In this document: in pieces, positions 58,688 through 64,000 of the stretch
Layout: the number at the start of each line of letters is the position of its first letter
Position numbering within the stretch: the first letter of the stretch is position 1
From: an uncultured Flavobacteriales bacterium
Lineage (GTDB): Bacteria; Bacteroidota; Bacteroidia; Flavobacteriales_D; Sanyastnellaceae
Length of the DNA stretch: 64,000 nucleotides
Assembly (NCBI GenBank): GCA_965657965.1
Contig: CBFHQM010000010.1
Coordinates: 1,078-65,077 of the forward strand
Direction: 5' to 3'
Position numbers and translations under genes: made by a program
The notes under the pieces: model-generated
The model's input: the letters and a program-made list of their open reading frames with translations, nothing else
What the model was told of the DNA's origin: nothing
The model's database searches: none

Positions 58688-60730
58688 TCAAGATGGCCAG
58701 TCTTTGATTGCGTTTTGGAGAGCAAACATCTCGTCTCGCATGCGCGCGGCGTCCATAAAGGCCAATTCTTTTGCCGCTCGCTCCATCTCGCGCTTGGTTC
58801 GGGCGAGCAGTTTGTCCATGGCCTTTCTGTCTTTGGCCTTGATGTAGCCAGCGACAACGGGGTCTTCTAGGATGCCTGCACCTGTGACTGCGGGCTCAGC
58901 GGCCATGGGAGAAGGGCGCTCTTCGATGAGGTCGCTTTGTTCAAAGACGGTCTTTTTGGAGCGTTTGACCTGAACGGGAACCAGTCCGTGTTCTGTGTTG
59001 TAGGCTTCTTGCTTTTCTCTCCTTCTGGCGGTTTCCTCGATGGTTTGTGCCATGGAGTCCGTGATCTTGTCGGCGTACATCAGCACGCGGCCGTTTACGT
59101 TTCGAGCAGCCCGACCCGCGGTTTGTGTGAGGGAGCGGTTGGACCGCAAGAACCCTTCTTTGTCGGCGTCCATGACGGCAACCAAGGAGACTTCGGGGAG
59201 GTCCAAGCCTTCGCGGAGGAGGTTCACACCAACCAGTACATCAATGACCCCTTCTCTGAGGTTGCGAATGATTTCAATGCGGTCGAGGGTTTTGACCTCG
59301 GAATGGATGTAAGAACAGGAAATGCGGAGGCGGTCGAGGTAACGCGAGAGCTCCTCGGCCATGCGTTTGGTCAATGTGGTCACCAAAACGCGGTCTTCCT
59401 GCGCGATGGTCTTTCGAATTTCTCCAATCAGGTCATCGACTTGATTTGTGCATGGCCGCACTTCAATGGGGGGATCGAGAAGACCCGTTGGGCGAATCAG
59501 TTGTTCGACCACCACTCCTTCGCTGAGTTCGAGTTCGTAGTCGGCTGGCGTCGCGCTCACATACAAGACTTGATGCAGCATGCTCTGAAACTCCTCGTTC
59601 TTGAGGGGGCGGTTGTCCAGAGCAGAGGGCAGGCGAAAACCGTGTTCAACCAACGCGACTTTTCGAGAGCGGTCACCTCCAAACATGGCCCCCACTTGTG
59701 GCACAGTCACGTGGCTTTCATCGATGACCATCAAAAAGTCATCTGCGAAGTAGTCGAGCAGGCAAAAGGGCCGTTGGCCAGCTTGTCGTCGGTCAAAGTA
59801 TCGGCTGTAGTTCTCAATTCCACTGCAGAAACCGAGTTCTCTCATCATCTCCAGGTCGTGCGTGGTGCGCTCTTCTAGTCGTTTGCCTTCGATGAACCGG
59901 CCTTGCGCATTGAACCACTCCACTTGCTTGACCATGTCCTGTTGAATCTCCCAAATGCATTGATGCAGGGTCTCTTTGCCCGTAACAAAGAGGTTGGCAG
60001 GGTAGATGCGCAACGATTCGAATGTGTGTAGAACCTGTCCAGTCTCGGGATTGATGGTTTCGATGCGCTCAATTTCGTTGCCCCAAAAGTGAATGCGGAC
60101 AGCGTGATCAGCGTAAGCCAAATAGACGTCTACCACATCGCCGTTGACCCTGAATGATCCGCGGTTAAAATCTCCTCGGGTGCGGTGATAGAGGCTTTCG
60201 ACCAACCGGTGAAGCAGTGCGTTTCGGCCAATGAGTTGACCCGCCTTGATTTCAATGACGCTTTTGTGGAACTCAACGGGGTTGCCAATGCCGTAAATGC
60301 AACTAATGGAGGCCACCACGATGACGTCCCTGCGGCCACTCAGTAGTGCCGAAGTCGCCGACAGTCGAAGCTTTTCAATCTCCTCATTGATGGCGAGGTC
60401 TTTTTCAATGAACGTGCCGCTAGAGGGGATGTACGCTTCGGGCTGGTAGTAGTCGTAGTAGCTCACAAAGTACTCGACAAGGTTGTCGGGGAAGAACTCC
60501 TTAAACTCACTGTACAGCTGAGAGGCCAGCGTTTTGTTGTGGCTTAAAACCAAGGTTGGACGCTGGGTGCGTTCAATGACGTTGGCAATGGAAAAGGTTT
60601 TTCCTGACCCGGTGACGCCCAGCAGCGTCTGGTGTGGAATCCCTTCATTCAAGCCCTCGACCAATTGTCGGATCGCCTCGGGTTGGTCACCCTTGGGTTG
60701 GAATTCGCTGTGAAGTTTAAATCCAGACAT
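58688..60730 (-). CDS. uvrB: Excinuclease ABC subunit B
   Basis: FKLHSEFQPKGDQPEAIRQLVEGL...LLGVTGSGKTF...DESHVT... are present, with the C-terminal UVR motif AARMRDEMFAL. The start is ATG 60730. Confidence 0.95.
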   Translation of the reverse strand: MSGFKLHSEFQPKGDQPEAIRQLVEGLNEGIPHQTLLGVTGSGKTFSIANVIERTQRPTLVLSHNKTLASQLYSEFKEFFPDNLVEYFVSYYDYYQPEAYIPSSGTFIEKDLAINEEIEKLRLSATSALLSGRRDVIVVASISCIYGIGNPVEFHKSVIEIKAGQLIGRNALLHRLVESLYHRTRGDFNRGSFRVNGDVVDVYLAYADHAVRIHFWGNEIERIETINPETGQVLHTFESLRIYPANLFVTGKETLHQCIWEIQQDMVKQVEWFNAQGRFIEGKRLEERTTHDLEMMRELGFCSGIENYSRYFDRRQAGQRPFCLLDYFADDFLMVIDESHVTVPQVGAMFGGDRSRKVALVEHGFRLPSALDNRPLKNEEFQSMLHQVLYVSATPADYELELSEGVVVEQLIRPTGLLDPPIEVRPCTNQVDDLIGEIRKTIAQEDRVLVTTLTKRMAEELSRYLDRLRISCSYIHSEVKTLDRIEIIRNLREGVIDVLVGVNLLREGLDLPEVSLVAVMDADKEGFLRSNRSLTQTAGRAARNVNGRVLMYADKITDSMAQTIEETARRREKQEAYNTEHGLVPVQVKRSKKTVFEQSDLIEERPSPMAAEPAVTGAGILEDPVVAGYIKAKDRKAMDKLLARTKREMERAAKELAFMDAARMRDEMFALQNAIKDWPS

Positions 60731-60748
60731 GTGGCCGCTACGAGACAC

Positions 60749-60776
60749 AAAAAAAGGGGGCAAAGCCCCCTTTTTT
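60749..60776 (-). terminator. Intrinsic terminator downstream of rplI
   Basis: The stem is gggggc (60756-60761) / gccccc (60765-60770) with a 3-nt loop, flanked by A7 and T6 runs. On the minus strand the hairpin is followed by U7, 30 nt after the rplI stop. Confidence 0.75.
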
Positions 60777-60805
60777 GTCAAAACACCCCGTTTGGGGCAT
60801 AGAAA

Positions 60806-61252
60806 TCATTCTGCCACCACCTCAAAGGTGATTTCGGCAAATACTTCTTTGTGCAACTTCACCTTGGCTGTGTAACTGCCAAGATCCCGAATGGCTTCAG
60901 CACCCAAGTCAATGTTTTTACGCTCAACATTGTGACCAGCGGCCGCCATGGCTTCGGCGACTTGAATGTTGTTCACAGAACCAAAAATCTTGCCGCTCTC
61001 ACCTGCTTTGGCGCCAATCTTGACAGCCAAACCATTGATTTTTTCGGCCAGTGCCTTGGCATCCTCCAGAGCTTTCGTGGCTTTGTGAGACTGCTGACGA
61101 ATGGTTTCAGCTACTACTTTTCGCGCACTTTCAGTGGCGGAAATGGCAAAGCCTTTGGGAATCAAGAAGTTCCTTGCGTATCCGTTCTTGACGGTTACGA
61201 TGTCGTTTTTTGCGCCCAAGCGCTCAACGTCTTGTTTGAGGATCACGTCCAT
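60806..61252 (-). CDS. rplI: 50S ribosomal protein L9
   Basis: MDVILKQDVERLGAKNDIVTVKNGYARNFLIPKGFA is canonical L9. Confidence 0.92.
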   Translation of the reverse strand: MDVILKQDVERLGAKNDIVTVKNGYARNFLIPKGFAISATESARKVVAETIRQQSHKATKALEDAKALAEKINGLAVKIGAKAGESGKIFGSVNNIQVAEAMAAAGHNVERKNIDLGAEAIRDLGSYTAKVKLHKEVFAEITFEVVAE

Positions 61253-61272
61253 GTCGCGGTGGATTGGGTTGC

Positions 61273-61539
61273 TTAACGCAACTGGTCAGCGAGGTAGGGA
61301 AGAAGCGCGAGGTGGCGGGCCTTTTTAATGGCTTTGCCCACACGGCGTTGGTACTTGAGGCTGGTTCCAGTCAAGCGGCGGGGCAAAATCTTGCCTTGCT
61401 CGTTGATCAGCATCAACAAAAAGTCAGGGTCCTTGTAATCGATGTACTTGAAGCCCTTTTCACGGAAGCGGCAGTAGCGCTCGCTCTTCGTGTCGATGGC
61501 GATGGGATTCAGGTAGCGCACGTTCTTGTTGTCGGCCAT
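61273..61539 (-). CDS. rpsR: 30S ribosomal protein S18
   Basis: ...[60 protein letters not shown] is canonical S18. Confidence 0.92.
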   Translation of the reverse strand: MADNKNVRYLNPIAIDTKSERYCRFREKGFKYIDYKDPDFLLMLINEQGKILPRRLTGTSLKYQRRVGKAIKKARHLALLPYLADQLR

Positions 61540-61559
61540 GTCAATCTACTTTAGGGCGT

Positions 61560-61940
61560 TCAGGCTTGCGCTTCCGCACCTGTTTGTTTCGGCTTGTCGC
61601 GGCGATCGTTTTCGCGATCACGGCGTCCTTCCGCGTATTCTGTATGGTTCTTGTCCATGCGAGTGGTCAAGAAGCGAATGATTCTTTCGTCGCGGCGGAA
61701 CTCTGTCTCGAAAGGCAGAATGGTGTCCGGATCAGCGTCGAATTCCACCAAGTAGTAGAAGCCAGTAGACTTCTTTTGAATTGGATAGGCAAGCTTTCGC
61801 ATGCCCCAATTCTCTTCGTGGGTGATGGCAGCTCCCTTATCCTTAAGGAGGCTCTTAAATTTGGTGACCACCTCCTTAGTCTGCTCGTCAGAGAGGACTG
61901 GGGTGATGATGAAGACCGTTTCGTATCGATTCCGAGACAT
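61560..61940 (-). CDS. rpsF: 30S ribosomal protein S6
   Basis: [32 protein letters not shown]...[23 protein letters not shown] is canonical S6. The ATG is at 61940; the track starts two codons earlier at a TTG. Confidence 0.92.
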   Translation of the reverse strand: MSRNRYETVFIITPVLSDEQTKEVVTKFKSLLKDKGAAITHEENWGMRKLAYPIQKKSTGFYYLVEFDADPDTILPFETEFRRDERIIRFLTTRMDKNHTEYAEGRRDRENDRRDKPKQTGAEAQA

Positions 61941-61962
61941 ATGCAATGCGCAAAAGGGGGCG

Positions 61963-61970
61963 CAAATCTA
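61963..61970 (-). promoter_or_regulatory. Candidate Bacteroidota -7 promoter box (TAGATTTG = TAnnTTTG) for rpsF-rpsR-rplI
   Basis: The plus strand reads caaatcta at 61963-61970, 23 nt upstream of the rpsF ATG. A TTG lies about 20 nt further upstream (reverse complement of caa at 61991-61993). Confidence 0.3.
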
Positions 61971-62101
61971 CACCAAACGACATGGGCGCGCAACCCCCTT
62001 CCCTGTGATTCTCTCACAAGTGGCCTTCAAACACAAAAATGTGGGTGACCTGTGCAAAATTGGACCACTGCATTTTCCGAGGCAAGCCGCACCTTTGAAA
62101 C

Positions 62102-63187
62102 ATGTCTGAGGACAACACATTTTTAGTTTCCGCAAGAAAGTATCGGCCGACAACATGGGAAACTGTGGTGGGCCAGAAGTCCATAACGGACACATTGCGG
62201 CACAGCATTTCGTCCGGTCAAATCGCACAAGCCTACCTTTTTTGTGGTCCGCGGGGGGTGGGCAAGACCACCTGTGCGAGAATTTTTGCAAATGCGATCA
62301 ACGGCTTCACTACGGAGCAAGCTGAACGCAGTTTCAATGTTTTTGAGCTCGATGCAGCATCGAACAATGGCGTCGAGCACATTCGGAGCATCATTGATCA
62401 AGTGCGCATTCCGCCACAAGACGGTCAGTACAAGGTGTATGTGATTGACGAGGTGCACATGCTGTCCAAAGACGCGTTCAATGCCTTCTTGAAGACGCTC
62501 GAGGAGCCGCCAAAGCATGCCGTCTTTATTTTGGCCACGACGGAAAAGCACAAAATCCTACCTACCATCTTGTCGCGGTGTCAGATTTATGACTTCCGTA
62601 GAATCACAACCCGTGACATAGCAGACCATTTGGTTTATGTCGCGGGACAAGAGGGGGTCAAGACCGAGGCGGAAGCGCTCAATGTGATCGCTCAGCGGGC
62701 CGATGGTGCCATGCGAGATGCGTTGAGCATTTTTGATCAAATGGTAGCCTCCAGTGCGGAGGGAGTGACCTATGATGCGGTCACGCGACATTTGAACGTG
62801 CTCGGGCACGACGTATACTTTAATGTGGTCGATGCGGCATTGGAAGGCCGAGTCGGCGACATGTTGTTGCAGTTGGAAGAAGTGGTGGCTGCGGGATTCG
62901 ATGCCCACCATTTTGTAACGGGGCTTGGGCAGCACCTGCGGAATCTCCTGGTGAGCAAGGATCAGGCCACGCTGTCTCTCATGGAGGCTGGTGCATCTAT
63001 GGCGGAGCGCTTTGGCCAGCAGGCTCAGAATTGTGGGCTGCACTTTTTGGTGGGGGCCATAGGTTGCGCCAATGAAGCGGATCAACAATACAGGTTGTCT
63101 CGACATCCGAGGCTGCTCGTGGAGTTGATGCTGATGCGCATGGGTTCTCTCGAAGTGGTTTCCACGGAGGGGGCAAAAAAAAAATGA
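62102..63187 (+). CDS. dnaX: DNA polymerase III subunit gamma/tau, zero-frame product (domains I-III, gamma-like, 361 aa)
   Basis: RKYRPTTWETVVGQKSITDTL...YLFCGPRGVGKTTCARIFA...KVYVIDEVHMLS...FILATTEKHKILPTILSRCQ is clamp-loader AAA+. The frame ends GAKKK-TGA directly after the A10 run. Confidence 0.9.
   Translation: MSEDNTFLVSARKYRPTTWETVVGQKSITDTLRHSISSGQIAQAYLFCGPRGVGKTTCARIFANAINGFTTEQAERSFNVFELDAASNNGVEHIRSIIDQVRIPPQDGQYKVYVIDEVHMLSKDAFNAFLKTLEEPPKHAVFILATTEKHKILPTILSRCQIYDFRRITTRDIADHLVYVAGQEGVKTEAEALNVIAQRADGAMRDALSIFDQMVASSAEGVTYDAVTRHLNVLGHDVYFNVVDAALEGRVGDMLLQLEEVVAAGFDAHHFVTGLGQHLRNLLVSKDQATLSLMEAGASMAERFGQQAQNCGLHFLVGAIGCANEADQQYRLSRHPRLLVELMLMRMGSLEVVSTEGAKKK
63175..63184 (+). 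other. A10 homopolymer at the dnaX gamma/tau junction (slippery run or homopolymer error)
   Basis: The sequence is ggg gca aaa aaa aaa tga. Removing one A, or a +1/-2 shift, fuses the upstream frame to the open downstream frame. Confidence 0.7.
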
Positions 63188-64000
63188 GCTCACTCCAATC
63201 ATAGGATGGGGCGTTGAATTCAAGGCCAGTCCAACCATTGAATTGGGGCTTGCTTCTCAGGTTCCTCAGGCGCCAAGTGCCGAGTCCGTAAAAAAAGTGG
63301 ATGTGGCCGTGTCGCAGGCCGAGCCAGTAGTGGCGAAGGAAGAGGAGGCCTCAACCGTGGTGCCATCTTCTGACCCGGTCCATGCGCCAACCGAGGTCTC
63401 CGCAGCGCGTGAGGGTGAGCCGCTGGCCGCAAAAGAACCCGAGGTTGACCTGTCCGCATCAGAGACTCCAGCCGTGCCGAGTACAGGCGATGATCAGGCA
63501 CATTTGGATGCCGATTTGGCCATCACCTTAGGACGGCCCAAGACCGTGACCAAGCCCTTGGGCAACTTGTCGAGTAAGCTCAAAGGCCGGAGCATGATTT
63601 TGGCCTCGGAGCAGGCCGGAGCAGCCGACGAAAAAGTCTTGGCAGATACCTCTCAGTTGAAGGGGGAATACACCGAAGCCTCCGTTCGCACGGCGTGGTC
63701 TGCGTTGGGCGCGTATATGAGGGCGCAGAACAAGGTGGGCATGGCGGCCACGTTGGCCAACGGCGATTTCCTGTTTGAGGATCCTGCCATCGTGTTTACT
63801 GTCGCCAATGAGGTGCAATATGAGGAGCTCAAGGAATGCGCAACAGAGTTGTTGCATTTTGTGAGGACCGAAGCCGGGAATGGAAGTTTATCGCTCGAGG
63901 TCAAGGTCGCTGAAGGGGAGGCGCCGGCGGTCTTTTTGACCCCAAAGGATCGGTACCTCAAATGGGCGGGAGAGAACCCTGCGCTCGAAACCTTGCGCAA
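63186..64000 (+). CDS. dnaX: dnaX tau-specific C-terminal region in the +1 frame (partial; open to the window end)
   Basis: Hand translation gives ELTPIIGWGVEFKASPTIELG...low-complexity Ala/Pro/Glu linker...YTEASVRTAWSALGAYMRAQNKVGMAATLANGDFLFEDPAIVFTVANEVQYEELKECATELLHFVRTEAG...LTPKDRYLKWAGENPALETLR. There is no stop through nt 64000. It is absent from the track because it has no stop in the window. Confidence 0.7.

Noticed and set aside
10516-59878. Other long antisense ORFs in the track (e.g. 10925..11770, 11841..12626, 15938..16732, 17189..17887, 22343..23254, 24331..25380, 46615..47430, 54244..55098, 57870..58847, 58937..59878).
   Set aside because: Each lies fully opposite a strongly supported gene (SCFA transporter, flavin reductase, etfAB, pdhB, GH3, MFS, menE/menC, sigma/GT2, protease, uvrB). 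Their composition is Arg/His/Gly-rich nonsense typical of shadow ORFs in GC-rich DNA.
63184-63204. Classical E. coli-style -1 programmed frameshift at the dnaX A-run.
   Set aside because: The -1 frame reads ATG AGC TCA CTC CAA TCA TAG and terminates after 6 codons, so it cannot produce tau. Only the +1 (or -2) frame is open.
63220-64000. Minus-strand track ORFs 63220..63501, 63528..63857 and 63653..64000.
   Set aside because: They are shadows of the +1-frame dnaX tau region, which shows a coherent protein-like sequence. The minus-strand translations are Arg/Pro/Leu/His-rich with no motifs.
1-64000. I searched by eye for CRISPR arrays, IS/transposase/integrase genes, prophage or defence-system genes, and rRNA.
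   Set aside because: No regularly spaced short repeats occur outside the giant gene. No recombinase or phage-like ORFs are present, and every ORF of 150 aa or more is accounted for by housekeeping or envelope functions.

Overview
This is a gene-dense 64-kb chromosomal window with moderately high GC (by eye). It almost certainly comes from a member of Bacteroidota: it carries a T9SS C-terminal sorting domain, DUF3078/DUF3127/GH3 genes, an imelysin-HTTM-TonB cluster, a TAnnTTTG-type -7 box and the men pathway. I call about 52 protein genes. I could not recognise any rRNA, tRNA, CRISPR array, transposase or integrase.

Most of 9.9-64 kb is housekeeping: purE, a NupC-type transporter, etfBA, pdhB, hppA, two deoxynucleoside kinases, fabD, mnmE, sucD, folK, sppA, accA, rdgB, rsmG, an ECF sigma factor, uvrB, rpsF-rpsR-rplI and dnaX. 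It also holds a complete, translationally coupled menaquinone operon (thioesterase-menF-menD-menB-menA-menC-menE).

Accessory-looking content:
1. A giant secreted-protein gene of more than 3,194 codons fills 1..9582 on the minus strand. It is NOT in the supplied ORF track because it runs off the left edge. It is built from a ~1.96-kb super-repeat containing a paired module I do not recognise.
2. A DUF4856 / imelysin / HTTM (vitamin-K-carboxylase-like) / TonB-receptor cluster lies at 28.4-34.4 kb and is preceded by a nested palindrome over the start codon.
3. A PadR plus HAAS-PspC signalling pair.
4. A T9SS-sorted S1 endopeptidase.

The dnaX frame stops immediately after an A10 run. The tau-type C-terminal region continues in the +1 frame, open to the window end, and is also absent from the track. 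This is either recoding/transcriptional slippage or a homopolymer error.

Internal start codons were placed by hand, similarity statements are by-eye estimates, and no database search was possible.
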